Origin: Eledone cirrhosa
Lineage: Eukaryota
NCBI GenBank assembly: GCA_964016885.1
Contig: OZ024741.1
Coordinates: 155,434,001-155,498,000, forward strand
Length of the DNA stretch: 64,000 nt
Reading direction: 5' to 3'
In this document: piece after piece, positions 1 to 15,410 of the stretch
How the letters are laid out: every line of letters begins with the position of its first letter
Position numbering within the stretch: the first letter of the stretch is position 1
The notes under the pieces: generated by a model
What the model was told of the DNA's origin: nothing
What the model saw: only the letters and a program-made list of their open reading frames with translations
Databases searched by the model: none
Translations under genes and position numbers: made by a program

Positions 1-531
1 TGGCAACCCCACCAAGGTTTCTTGGTGAGGAGGGTGACTTTGGACATCCTGCAGGACTAAAAACAAAACCTGTCAAAGGGCAAAGGAGCTCTTAAGAGTC
101 AATGGCCATCCAAAATCACTGGGAGAGATGACCCCTTAGCCTTTGTCAAGGCAGAATTCTAGGAGAAGGAAAACTCTGATATAACACCTGCAACCCTGAT
201 GGTATCCAATGATGTTGACTTGCTCTTCTTTTTGGTAAATATCATCTTGGTTAAGAAAGTGGGACTGGCTTTGTGCAGTGCCTTTGCTCACTATAAAAGC
301 TTCACGGTACAGGCATTGCTTTATATCTGGAGATCTCTCTGCACTTGTCGTCACATGGTACCAAAGGCAAAGCACTATGTGTCAATAATTGTCACAAGTG
401 TAGTGTTTGTACCAGAGTTTTCAAGTCGCTGGCTGGACTAAAAAGTCACACTCGTTCAGCGCATCGGTAGGGGTTCTCCTACATGGATATAAAGTAGTGG
501 CCGTACTCGAAAACGAGTTGGCAGCCACCAT
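1..531 (+). mobile_element. Non-autonomous RTE-derived retroposon, family A (5' end runs off the window)
   Basis: Near-identical to 4463-4857 and 62642-63113. Contains the CTAGGAGAAGGAAAACTCTGAT motif and a terminal C2H2-like stretch (C-x2-C...KSLAGLKSH...H), then ends CTCGAAAACGAGTTGGCAGCCACCA with a (TGTA)n-type tail. Confidence 0.75.
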
Positions 532-832
532 GTATAAGGTATTATCAGCCATTGAAAAGAAATCTCGGGAATTTTATCCAACCTAGATATATATACATTT
601 CAACATCCTCGTTTCTTAAGTGCTGTCCATAAAATCTCAATAAAATACAATCCTGTTATGTTTTATTGCAGTTTCAAGCACTAAATTATTTTCCTTTATC
701 GTATAAAATAGAACTGAAACCATTATTAAGACAACTATTACAACCGATTAGTTTATCCCCTTTTTATTGCCTTTCCGTTAAATATCTCCTTCTTACGTTG
801 TTGTCTCTAAGTAATCAAGATATCTTCACTCA

Positions 833-950
833 AAGCGGCGAATTGGCAGCCGTTAGAATGATGAATATTTCTGGCCAAAGGCGGTGGATAGGGAGTATCG
901 GTAGAGCATCAGATAATATGCTTTTCAGCATAGAGTTACGGCCCTGAGTT
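833..950 (+). mobile_element. Degenerate tRNA-SINE heads (family B)
   Basis: GGCGAATTGGCAG..CGTTAGA and GGTGGAT..G.AGTATCGGTAGAG..TC.GA resemble the 5' ends of the SINEs at 15411 and 26322. Confidence 0.45.
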
Positions 951-1902
951 ATGACCTGGAAAGAGATTCTTTCCGCCAGGTTTAAATAACCCGACGGCGT
1001 CTCTAGGACTCAATCAGTAGTTCAGGGACCAGGGGATTACTTATTAATGCAGTAAAAGGCAGTTCTGAGTTTCCAGTTTCCGCAGTTTTCATGGTTTGTT
1101 TATTTATATTATTTTAAAAAAATATAAATTTTCTGGTCTCAGTCATTATTCTGCGGTCATGATGGCTCACCGCTTTTATTCAGGCAATTATATCAACCCC
1201 CAATACGCATTGTTTCAAGTCTTCTCGTTAAGGAGGGATTACAATCCAAATAACCAATGAGAAGATTAGTAGTATTGGAAGTGGAGGGGTTTTCATATAA
1301 AGGAAGGACTAAGGCTGGTCATGTAACATACTTTAATCATATATTGTAGAAAGAAAAAGAAAGAAGAGAAAAGAGGAAAAGAAAGGAAACCGAAGTGACC
1401 AGAAAGGATGAAATTACGTTGAAACGCTATAAATTAAATTGAGGGACCAAATATTAGATTTTATCTCAACAGAAATCAACAATAGAGGAGACAAGCAGGC
1501 ACCAATACGAATAAAGGCAGCGAGAAGGAAAGTGGTGTAAGGAGGGGGGGGGGGGAGTAATTTAACTGGTATGGATACAGAAACACAGGATCCAATCCTA
1601 TGTTTGCCAGGGTGATACTTAGCGAAAGTTTAAAATAAATTACGTTGGCAGTTGAAGATTCTATTTGGCAAATATGGATTTCTAAATGTTTATAAACATA
1701 CCGTATTTCTTTAGAAACACGAAATTCAAATACATACAGCTATGTTCGAAGCTAAATTCTAGTTCTATTCTATTTTAAGTTGAGCCAACTTATATAGATA
1801 TGCAAATGAGATTAATAACCTCATTGACACAGACGAAAAAACTATATGCAACATGCACTGCATGCGTTATAGAATCTTGAGTTGATCAATTGCGTCGGTT
1901 GA

Positions 1903-2195
1903 AGCAAGCAGAATTTTGGCTGCTTACTAAAACGTATAGACACAAATAAAGATAACACAAACACACACACACAAACACACGACAGCTTTGGGGCAAGCAG
2001 AATTTTGACTGCGTACTAAATCGTAGACACATAAAAAGATAACACACACACACACACACACACACACATGATTACGCACAAACACACACGCACACACACG
2101 CATACACACAAACACCCGACAGCTTTGGGGCAAGCAAAATTTTGACTGCTTACTAAATCGTAGACACATAAAAAGATAACACACACACACACACT
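1903..2195. repeat. Tandem repeat of about 90-135 bp, 3 copies, with internal (CA)n
   Basis: GCAAGCA.AATTTTG.CTGC.TACTAAA.CGTA..GACACA recurs at about 1903, 1993 and 2130. Confidence 0.8.
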
Positions 2196-2429
2196 AGATA
2201 ACACTACATGCGGCTTTGATCGGGAGGGTCATTTAGAAGGAATTGGGGGGGGGGGGGGTAAGCCTGCACAGCCCCACCACTTTCCGCCATGGCGATTGGA
2301 CTTCATGCCCTGCTTTCCAGGTTACCCTTCGCCACTGATATGTTCACCTGTTTTCAATATCCAGTAGTTGTAAGAGCGGGAGAGATCGATGTGTATATGC
2401 AGTTAATACATGCTGAGTTTCTGAAATGT

Positions 2430-2760
2430 TTTTTTATATAGTTTTACAGTTCCATTAGTGGACTGTATTTGCAACTTCTTAACTAGCCATGCTCCTATTG
2501 GTTCTGTCAAGTACCTCTTGTTTTGTACTGAGGCAGTTAGCGACATAAGCAAGAGCCCCAATGATCACAGATACAAATCTAAAGGTATACTGAGGCTGGA
2601 GTATTTACAGATTCCTCATTAGTTCAGTATAAATATTTTTCTTTTCACTTATCTTTAGCTATATATTGGCATTTGATGGGCAGATGATTTCCACTATTTT
2701 ACATGACATATTGTCTCTGGGCATATCACAATATCTGTTTTGCATATTATAGTATCTCAT
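2430..2760 (-). pseudogene. Degenerate C-terminus of a restriction-like-endonuclease LINE (R4/Dong-like)
   Basis: Minus strand reads CKIVEIICPSNANI*LKISEKK...RFVSVIIGALAYV, matching the C.IIE..CP.D.N...K..EK...PIIIGALG pattern; contains stops. Confidence 0.55.
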
Positions 2761-2859
2761 ATGTAATATCATGATGACATCTTTGGACAGCTGCTTATGA
2801 TGTCGGTGACATCCTCTATATTTATTGCGCAGAGGCTGCATCTGTCGTCACATCTAGGT

Positions 2860-4092
<1,233 letters not shown>

Positions 4093-4139
4093 TTCTAGCA
4101 TAGATACAAAATTCTTTCATTGGAATTCAGACAACATCA

Positions 4140-4420
4140 ACTAGGTAGATATGTTTGCATGCATGCATGTGTGAGCAGGTGTGGATGTTATTGTATGTGT
4201 GGATGTGCCTGTGTTTGAGTTATATGGGTGCATGTGCATATGTTTTGTATCTGTACATGTGTACATGGAGTTATTAGGTGTATAATGTTTGGAATGTTTT
4301 ACATATTTTTACTGTTCCATTAATGGATTGTAATTGTAATTGTGTTCGTTCTGGTTCTGTGAAGCCCAACTTCTCAAGATTTGTACTGAGGCAGTTACTA
4401 ACATATCCAAGTGGCCTAAT
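4140..4420 (-). mobile_element. 3' end of an R4/Dong-like LINE
   Basis: Minus strand IRPLGYVSNCLSTNLEKLGF...LQSINGTVKICKTF; DNA similarity to 2440-2560. Confidence 0.55.
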
Positions 4421-4462
4421 TGTATGTATGTATGTATGTATGTATGTATGTATGTATGTATG

Positions 4463-4975
4463 TAGCCTTTGTCAAGGCAGAATTCTAGGAGAAGGAAAAC
4501 TCTGATATAACACCTGCAACCCTGATGGTATCCAATGATGTTGACTTGTTCTTCTTTTTGGTAAATATCATCTTGGTTAAGAGAGTGGGACTGGCTTTGT
4601 GCAGTGCCTTTGCTCACTATAAAAGCTTCACGGCACAGGCATTGCTTTATATCTGGAGATCTCTCTGCACTTGTCGTCACATGGTACCATGGGCCCAGCA
4701 CTATGTGTCAGTAATTGTCACAAGTGTAGTGTTTGTACCAGAGTTTTCAAGTCGCTGGCTGGACTAAAAAGTCACACTCGTTCAGCGCATCGGTAGGGGT
4801 TCTCCTACATGGATATAAAGTAGTGGCCGTACTCGAAAACGAGTTGGCAGCCACCATGTATGTATGTATGTATGTATGTATGTATGTATGTGAATGTTTT
4901 GGTTGCCGACTCTGTGCAAGACATTTTAGATCATTGGCTGGACTAAAAAGCCACATTCGATCACAGCGCTGTTAG
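4463..4975 (+). mobile_element. RTE-derived family A copy followed by a second C2H2-type 3' fragment
   Basis: 4463-4857 matches 137-531; after the (TATG)n tail, 4891-4975 encodes CRLCARHFRSLAGLKSHIRS. Confidence 0.75.
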
Positions 4976-5209
4976 TTGCTATCGTGTGTGTGTGTGTGTG
5001 TGTGTAGATATGCTTGTGTGTGCGTGTGTGTGTATATATATATGTATATGTATATTATTATTGTTGTTGTCGTTATTATTATTGTTGTTATGATTATTAT
5101 TATTATTATTGTTATTAATGTGTGTGTATATGTATGTGTGTGTGTGTGTGTATGTATATGAATATATATATATATATATATTTCTTTTTTTTTATTTTTA
5201 TTTTATTTT

Positions 5210-5272
<63 letters not shown>

Positions 5273-5284
5273 TTTATATTTTCA

Positions 5285-5418
5285 TTGTTAAATTAGTCTT
5301 ACCATTGTGCACTTTTACTCGACCTTATTGTAAACCCCCACTGTCCCTGTCTTTGTATTGTCCCCTACATGTCGGCCCTTGTGGCTAATAAATGAAATCA
5401 TTATTATTATTATTATTT
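5285..5418 (+). mobile_element. LINE (L1/Tx1-like) 3' end with (ATT)n tail
   Basis: Ends GTGGCTAATAAATGAAATC(ATT)n: an AATAAA signal followed by a simple-repeat tail. Confidence 0.4.
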
Positions 5419-5429
5419 TTTTTTTTCTT

Positions 5430-5580
5430 TCTCCTCGTGCAATGGCCATACACGATAACGAGGGGGCAGCCATCATGTATGTATGTATGTATGTATGTAT
5501 GTATGCATGCATGTATGTATGTATGTATGTATGTATGTATGTATGTATGTATGTATGTATGTATGTATGTATGTATGCAT
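5430..5580 (+). mobile_element. RTE-type 3' terminus with (TATG)n tail
   Basis: GTGCAATGGCCATAC.CGATAA.CGAG..GG.AGCCATCAT, as at 38960-39001. Confidence 0.6.
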
Positions 5581-5783
5581 GTATGTATATATGTATGCAT
5601 GCATGCAAGCATGTATGTATGTATACATGTATGCATGTATGTATATATGTTTCTCTTTCTCTTAATTTCGAGTACATTTTTGACCGGCCACCTTCCTGGT
5701 GGCAAGGTTGTAAAAGAAAAGAAATTGAAATGCCTTAAATCACAAGAATGTTTTGCATATTTTGAAGGTGCCTGTATGTATGC

Positions 5784-5821
<38 letters not shown>

Positions 5822-6070
5822 CCATGTATGTATGTATTATGTATGTGCATGTGTCGTGTAGAGATATATATGCCTTTCATTTAATATATAACACACACCC
5901 TTCGGTAGAGTAACAATGTGGCAGAATCGGACTACTTTCTAGTTCCAGGTTGCCATAGTCCTCTATGCTACCCTCTTGCTGGTCACTTGTCATGAGACAA
6001 TTCTTTCATTCGAAATTGTCACTGACAGCTAACGATTGGGAATTCCTCTCTGAAATTTTATTTCTGGAGA

Positions 6071-6108
<38 letters not shown>

Positions 6109-6116
6109 AGTATTTG

Positions 6117-6147
<31 letters not shown>

Positions 6148-7239
6148 GGTGTGTGTGGGTGTGTGTGTGTGTGTGTGTATTTTATGTCCTTCTCTTAATT
6201 TTAAGTTCATTATTGACTGGCCATCTTCCCGATGGCAAGGTTGTAAAAAAATCTAATTTTCACCGTCCCCTTTAGAATCATACATCCTTTAAATCGTAAT
6301 GAAGGTTTTACAAATTTTGATGGTTCCATATATCCTATACCTCCGTTTGTATGCTTGTATGCATGTATGTATATATGTATGTATGCATGTATGCATGTAT
6401 GTATGTATCTATGTTTTTATGCGTGTTATATGTATTTTACATAAGCATATATGATACCCGGCTCACAGCTTGTCATTACCATACTAGCTTAGTACTTTAC
6501 TTTTTGTTCTATATGTTTGGCGGCGGGATCGATCCTGGGCACCCATTTTTATTAAACGAATCTCTTAAACATCTAAGCATATTTCCAGGCCTAAATATAA
6601 CCTTTTTCCAAAGATAGATAGCTAGATAGATTGACATACATAGAGAGAGAATCTTGGTAATGGACTGTTACTTTATGGAGGAGGCAATGTTAACATCGGG
6701 ATAAACCCCTGGACTCCAAAGTTGTGAAAGCGAACACTATCACTGGTGCTTGTGTCCACGGCGAGTTATACACTCTACTTTACTAACTAAATACTATTTC
6801 TATCCTTACTTGTCTCGAAGCAGGAAAAAACCCATGAAAAAACCTTGTCATAATTGCGAAACGAACTCTTTAAGAACGTATCCATGACTTATGGTCATGC
6901 CCACGGCGAGTTAATGCTCTATTCTACTAGATAAGTAGTCCTCATGTTGTCTTATTTGTCGGCAATCTCAATAATACTACCATACAAAAGAAAAACCACA
7001 GTCACACTTTTTACAACTTATATTATTAAAGTTCCTAACGTTGTTACTAAGGTTTTGCCATATAATACTTAGATGAAGAGGAGGTGGAGAAAACAAAGAC
7101 ATGGAGAATTACAAATGCTCGATATGCATTGTGCAAATCACGAGCGGATAACTGTGAGTTCTTATCGATTTCATGTTCTTTGTTTAACGCTGAATGGAAA
7201 ACTTAAGACTTTCTTGAAAATAAACACAAATACATACAC

Positions 7240-9020
<1,781 letters not shown>

Positions 9021-9198
9021 GTATACAGACGTACAGTAGTATGTATATATATATACATACATGCACACATACATATATGTACGTATGGATTCACCGAACA
9101 TTTATTATAATGCTCGGTGTGTTTGTAAACAAACATCCCGTATTAAGCCGTAGTGTCTAGCAACCATCGTTGCTCGTTTGTTCAATACTGACAAAGGA

Positions 9199-9241
9199 AC
9201 GCTGTACTAGTTTCAAGCTTATTAGCTATCGTCAGCAACGT
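9199..9241 (-). ncRNA. Minimal type I hammerhead ribozyme (family C)
   Basis: acguug CUGACGA uagcu-aaua-agcuu GAAAC ua GUA|cagcgu; palindromic helix III ACUAGU; 6-bp stem I. Confidence 0.85.
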
Positions 9242-9703
9242 ATACCTTCCTGCCAGATTGTTGAACGTATATACTTACCTTATGCATATTAACGGCTGAG
9301 TAGCCCAATTTGCATATCGAGTGGGTTAATCGGCCGGGTGCACCGAAAACGATAAACGGAAAAAATGAAACGAAATTTCATTTCCCACTCTTAGTACGGC
9401 TTTTACTTAAATATAAGTGTGCATGTATGTGTGTGCATATATGTGTATGCATATACATGTGCATGTATGTATATATATATACATACTACTGTACGTCTGT
9501 ATACAAATATGTATGTACGTGTACATACTTATATTTAAGTAACAACCGTACTAAGAGTGGGAAATGCAATTTCGTTTCATTTTTTCCGTTTATCCTTTTC
9601 GGTGCACCCGGCCGATTAACTCACTCGATATGCAAATTGGGCTACTCAGCCGTTAATATGCATAAGGTAAGTATATACGTTCAACAATCTGGCAGGAAGG
9701 TAT

Positions 9704-9746
9704 ACGTTGCTGACGATAGCTAATAAGCCTGAAACTAGTACAGCAT
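9704..9746 (+). ncRNA. Minimal type I hammerhead ribozyme (family C)
   Basis: ACGTTG CTGACGA TAGCTAATAAGCCT GAAAC TA GTA CAGCAT; extra mismatches in stems I and II. Confidence 0.75.
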
Positions 9747-10031
9747 TCCTTTGTCAGTGTTGAACAAACGAGCAACGATGGTTGCTAGACACTACGGCTT
9801 AATACGGGATGTTTGTTTACAAACACACCGAGCATTATAATAAATGTTCGGTGAATCCATACGTACATATATGTATGTGTGAATGTATGTATATATATAT
9901 ACATACTACTGTACGTCTGTATACATATATATATGTACGTGTACTTACTTATATTTAAGTAACAGCCGTACTAAGAGTGGGAAATGAAATTTCCTTTCAT
10001 TTTTCCGTTTATATATATATAAATATATATA

Positions 10032-10160
10032 TAACGAAGGATGTGTGGTAAGGAACCAGATGGACCATTACGCACCAGAGTACTCAATACTTAGGGTGGT
10101 AGGAAACAGCCGCCGTCGAAACGGCTTGAGTTCTGCCGACGGGGTTGAACATTTTCCTAT
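10032..10160. mobile_element. Mini-insertion of family D pseudo-LTR ends (inverted arms)
   Basis: Left part matches 39054-39123; right part carries GTCGAAACGGCTTGAG...GGGGT...TTCCTA in the opposite orientation; within (TA)n. Confidence 0.75.
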
Positions 10161-10506
10161 ATATATATATATATATATATATTTCAGCTCAATTGGACAA
10201 CTGTTAGGTAACCCTCAAACGCATTGAAGTTGGAACATAGTATACGCAACGATTAATTCTGTTCAAAAGTGATATACTGTTTCCTATCTCGACCATCTTC
10301 TTTCTTCTTAGAGAAATTTATGTTGACACATCCAGACAACCCCAGCAAATGTTTAAAAACGTTCTGAATCAAATTTACCAATTAGTTAATTTGAAAAATT
10401 CCTGAAATAACATGAAAAACTTAAGAGAAACGCATTTTTATTTACAACAATAATTTCTATAGAATCAGAAACATAATGTGAACACTGAACAGTGAATATT
10501 GAACAT

Positions 10507-10740
10507 TATTTTTGCGTAAGAGAGGATTCAGTGGCAGTTGGGTAAGTTTTATGGTTTTCGGTAACGATCTGTAAAACAAATTGTTTCTCAGTTTCATCTT
10601 TTGTGAGAATGTTATTGTAATCATGAATGAGTTTGACACCTCTTTCTGCAACATCATTCACAACTGTCTTCTCAAGTTTTTCAAGTCCACTTTTGTAACC
10701 AGCATGTTTCTAAAGGAAGAAAAGTCATTTTGGTGGAGAA
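10507..10740 (-). pseudogene. hAT-superfamily (hATm-like) transposase C-terminal relic
   Basis: Minus strand TVVNDVAERGVKLIHDYNNILTKDETEKQFVLQIVTENHKTYP...*; VVND.AERGV motif. Confidence 0.7.
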
Positions 10741-10742
10741 TA

Positions 10743-11765
10743 TTCTTCTTCTTCTTCTTCTTCTTCTTCTTCTTCTTCTTCTTCTTCTTCTTCTTCTTCT
10801 TCTTCTTCTTCTCCTCCTCCTCCTCCCCCTCTCCCTCCTCATCTCCCCCTCCCCCCTCCCACTCCTCCTCCACCCCTCCTCCTCCTCCTCCTCACCATCA
10901 TCATCATAATCCTCCCCCTCCCCTCCTCATCCTCTTCCTCCTCCTCCTCCTCCCCCTCCCCCTCCTCCTCCTCCTCCTCCTCCTCCTCCTTACCTTTGTC
11001 TGCTTCTAGCATAACTTGAGCAATATTTGGCTTAACCTCTCATTGCTCACCTTGATCTCCCTTTCTCCTTCCTCGCCTTCTTGCTCTCCATTCTCCTTGC
11101 TCTCCTTGCTTTCCTTGCACTCATTTTCTCATTGCTCTCCTTTTATCCTTGCTCACCTTGCTCTCCTTTTATCATTGCTCTCCTTGCTCTCCTTGATCTC
11201 TTTTTCTCCTTACTCTCCCTACTCTCCTTGCTCTTCTTTTCTCCTTGCTCTCCTTTTCTCCTTGCTCTCCTTGCTCTTCTTTTCTCATTGCTCTCCTTGC
11301 TCTTCTTTTCTCATTGCTCTCCTTGCTCTTCTTTTCTCATTGCCCTCCTTGCTCTCCTTTTGTCATTGCCCTCCTTGCTCTCCTTTTCTCATTGCTCTCC
11401 TTGCTCTCCTTTATCCCTTTTACTCCTTGCTCTCCTTGCTCTCCCTTTCTCGTTCTCCTTGTTCTCTTTTTTTCCTTGCCCTCGTTGCTCTTTTTTCTCC
11501 TTGCTCTCCTTGCTCTCCTTTTCCCCTTGCTCTCCTTACTCTCCTTTTGTCATTGCCCTCCTTGCTCTCCTCTACTCATTGCTCTCCTTGCTCTTTTTTT
11601 CTCATTGCTCTCCTTGCTCTCCTTGCTCTCCTTTCTACCCTTTTCTCATTGCTCTCCATTTTCCTTGCTCTTTTTTCTCCTTGTTCTCCTTGCTCTCCTT
11701 TTCTCATTGCTCTCCTTGCTCTCCTGTCTCTCCTTTTCTCCTTCCTATCCTTGCTATCCTTGTAT
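10743..11765. repeat. (TTC)n/(TCC)n plus a degenerate TTGCTCTCC-based CT-rich minisatellite
   Basis: Directly visible. Confidence 0.9.
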
Positions 11766-12107
11766 CTGTACTTGTTTATATACAAATACAATGATAAAAG
11801 GAGGAATATGAAAACAATGATAGTAAGGAGAGTACACCCCCCCCCCCCCCACACACATATATATATATATATATAATTCAAGAAAGAAGAGTGACATGGT
11901 TGGCTATACAAAAAGAGCTTTATTCACATCGCTGACAATTGCTACTCGCTTGATGTTGCGTCAATCGATCTCCAATACTTTGTTTATAACCAGTCGTTTC
12001 TTCAGAGCGTGCTAAACTGAGGAAGATACTCAAGGCATGGCTTTTATAGAGGAGTGATATTAAACCAGAACAATAATATCAATAATAAAATAACTAGATA
12101 CTGAATA

Positions 12108-12239
12108 GTTAAAATAATAACATCAATATAAATAAGAAATAGAGTATAATGATGAATCTAGCATATTAAACGTTCGTTTCATATGCTAGATTCATCATTA
12201 TACTCTATTTCTTACTTATATTGATGTTATTATTTTAAC
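12108..12239. repeat. Near-perfect hairpin with arms of about 65 bp
   Basis: GTTAAAATAATAACATCAATATA...CTAGCATAT.AAACG-TT-CGTTTCATATGCTAG...TATTGATGTTATTATTTTAAC, 2 mismatches. Confidence 0.9.
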
Positions 12240-12476
12240 CGGATTCATACGGAACCCGGTCATTGAAATGATCATAGTATAATAAACTTTTCAAGGATTT
12301 ACACCAGTCCAGCCTCCTGTTATTTTATTTATAATAATTAACTCCGTATTAGCACCACCAACTACACAAACGAAGACGGGTGAACTGCAGTACGTTGAGT
12401 ACTCTCCATAATATTACATCAAGATTGACCATACGGTATGACCAATTCTATCCAGTGGTGAACCAACAAACCTAAA
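12238..12476 (+). mobile_element. 5'-truncated family E copy (starts inside HHR stem II)
   Basis: Matches 19521-19756. Confidence 0.85.
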
Positions 12477-12479
12477 TAA

Positions 12480-12515
<36 letters not shown>

Positions 12516-12517
<2 letters not shown>

Positions 12518-12668
12518 CGGTGGAAATGTGGTAAGGAACCAGGTGGACCATAACGCACCAAAGTACTCAATACTTAGGGTAGTAGAGTGGGTAATAGGAA
12601 CGAATAGGACCCTGACGGCTGAGCTCAAGCCGTTTCGACGGCTAATTCTGGACGGGGTCCTACTCGTT

Positions 12669-12672
<4 letters not shown>
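12516..12672. mobile_element. Mini-insertion of family D pseudo-LTR ends
   Basis: 12516-12653 matches 39054-39191; 12654-12672 is a 19-nt inverted arm GGGGTCCTACTCGTTCCTA. Confidence 0.85.
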
Positions 12673-12756
<84 letters not shown>

Positions 12757-13112
12757 CATATACACATATACACATATATATGTGTGTTGTTTGTGTGTGT
12801 GTACATATCTGTATGTACGTCTGTGTATGTGTGACTATGTATATTTGTGTATACCCAACTGACCTCCCGCCATCCTTTGTATGTTTTTATCTATATGCAT
12901 GTGAATAAACACATTAACATCTCCCGGCTAATCACCATGTCTGTCTAACCTATCCTACGTGTCGTAAAATCTTTATCACTCGTAACTAGGCCCTGAGGTT
13001 GTCATTCCATTCCTGCTTTTGCTGAGGGTGGGTTTGTATCTGTTTGTGTACTCCTGTGTATCTATTCCTATGTGTCATAACGTTTTTGTTACCAATCACA
13101 TGGTTGTGGGGC

Positions 13113-13430
13113 TGTTGCTGTTCCATTCATGATTTCTATTCAGGATAGGTTTAGTTCCTCTTATATGGATGGCCTCTTTTGCTAGTTCGATAATTGCATT
13201 CGCTCTGTGAATAGATATAATTTTCGCCTCAATGTTTTCCAGTGAGCCACCATGTTCTAGTTTAGAATGTTAGTAGAGCACTAATGAGGTTTTCTTGTCT
13301 TTGAAATACCACCAGCTCTCCTTCAACTTGTCTCCTATACTAAGAGCGTCTTGTACTGCGTACGCCCTGGTCGTATTCCTACTTTGAGCATCTTATTCTG
13401 TTTACGAGATTTCTAGTTTTATAATTAACC
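13113..13430 (-). pseudogene. Degenerate PLE GIY-YIG C-terminus
   Basis: SIGDKLKESW...LVLY*HSKLEHGGSLENIEAKIISIHRANA...EAIHIRGTKPILNRNHEWNSN aligns by eye with the C-terminus of ORF 21767-22975. Confidence 0.75.
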
Positions 13431-13639
13431 TATGAGCTTACCATACAGACTAAGTAATTCGTATCAGGAGGCGGCTTTTCTAAAACGTAAATTGTTCTGA
13501 TTAGTGATTTGGTGGAGATAACTGTATCGATAAAAATTGCGTGTTCCGGTTTTAACAGCGGAAACCTTGTCTGTGAATTTAACATGCACTCTTAACGCAG
13601 ATCCCAAGGAAATTCAGCCAGTGTTACAGCTGTTTGACT

Positions 13640-13900
13640 AATGCTCGTGATAGTAACGTGCAAGTTGTTGAGCATTCTCTAAACACATGTACTCTTAAGG
13701 CAGTTTTCATGATGATTCAGTGTGATACAGTGTCTGACAAGATGGCCTTTTGAATCGCAAGGATAACTAATTTTGCCAGCTGAGTGGACTGAAGCATAGG
13801 GAAATAAAATGTCTTGTTTAAGGACGCAAGCACAGTCGTGAATTGAACTCATGACATTCCAATCGTGAGCTGAACACCACTAATCACTAAACTAGGTACG
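13640..13900 (-). mobile_element. Degenerate CORE-type tRNA SINE
   Basis: TTTTGCCAGCTGAGTGGACTGAAGCA...AAATGTCTTGTTTAAGGAC, a CORE-like segment; related to 16071-16350. Confidence 0.55.
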
Positions 13901-14459
13901 TTCATATCTACGTTAATACAATTTCTCTAACGTACATTTCCATTCGTTTTCTAAAGATTTCGGATTTATGAGCCAAATCTTACCTTTTGTCATCGTCGTT
14001 GTTGTTGTTGTCGTTGTTATTATTGTTGTTGTTATTGTAGTTGTTATTTGTGTTGTATTGATTGTTGTCACTGTTTTAATCTTCTGAATTCTAAACGAAG
14101 GCGCCATGTAGCATGTCATAACGTCGACCTAAGCACAAGAGACCGTGTCTGGCTAAGTCGTTTGGGTATTTGGCTCACAATCTTAAGGTTGAGAAAAGTT
14201 GAGAAAAAGCTGACAGAAGCGTCTCTGTTCACCTTTTACAGTCTCTAGGGATACTTTACTAATTTTCTCAACTATTATTTTATAGTGATCGACTATTATT
14301 AAATTCATTTGTGCTGAGTCGATTGTATTTCAGAAACAGCTACAGTAGCAAAGAAAATACACCAGTGGAAGTTTTAGTAATTGAAATATGTTGGAACCAT
14401 ATGTGCTGTGCGACGAGGGGGGGAGAATGAGAGAGAGAAAACGAGAAAGAGAGCGAGAG

Positions 14460-14495
<36 letters not shown>

Positions 14496-15410
14496 CCGCT
14501 GAAGTTAACATTGTTTTTCCTCCTTTCGAGGTTGATAATTAAAATACCAGACCCATAGTGGTTCGATGAGGCCTTTCTCTTACCAATTTCTTTTTGGCTG
14601 TAGTGAGGGTGAACATGGCGGAGCAGACCTGAAATAATCGAAACGTCGGTTAGTACAGTCCAGCTCAGACAATTGGTTTTATCAATAGTCACATGCACAC
14701 ACACATACATAGACACATACACTCACAGATACAAACACAGATACACACACACCCATACAGTCACACATGCACGCGTACATATACAGGTACACATACACAC
14801 ACACTGACACAGACAGACATATGCACACATATTCACACAGACACACACACATACAAAGATACAAACATACATCGACACATACACATACATTCATAGAGAC
14901 ACACATAAATAGCAGCAGCTCAGTTAGACACGGATTTGAAACAATCTAGAAAACACCAGAAACATCTACATTCATATGAACGAAGAATGATTTCAAGTGG
15001 AAACAATTAAAGGTGTTTTTGAGCGTAGAGAATTGCTTATTTTATCGAAAACATAATCAAAAACATAATGAAAACAATAAAGGTAATAATAATGTAGTCG
15101 TTTTGTAAATTGTGTGCAGGTGAGATAGTATCTTGGTATGTTACTTAGCTTTCAGGTGAGATAATATATTTCTATAGTACTTGGCGAAAATGTTAAAGAT
15201 GAGTTGTAAAACCAGTGTGATAAATTGAATTGACACGGAACAGCAGCCGAAGCAGGAAGGCGTCTGTAATTTTATTCCTTTCCAAACAACATGTCTACTA
15301 ATTGTGCTCATGATTTAACAATATTCTGTGTGCTGCACTGGATTCAACATTGCCGCAATCATTAGCTCCCAGATTTGGGACATTTGCCCACATACATAGA
15401 TACACATATA

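Noticed and set aside
199-441. Recurrent 80-aa ORF MVSNDVDL... (three copies)
   Set aside because: Recurrence reflects repeat copy number; reading frames differ between copies at the 3' end.
11016-11876. Leu/Ser/Pro/Cys-rich ORFs
   Set aside because: Pyrimidine-rich minisatellite open in all three plus-strand frames.
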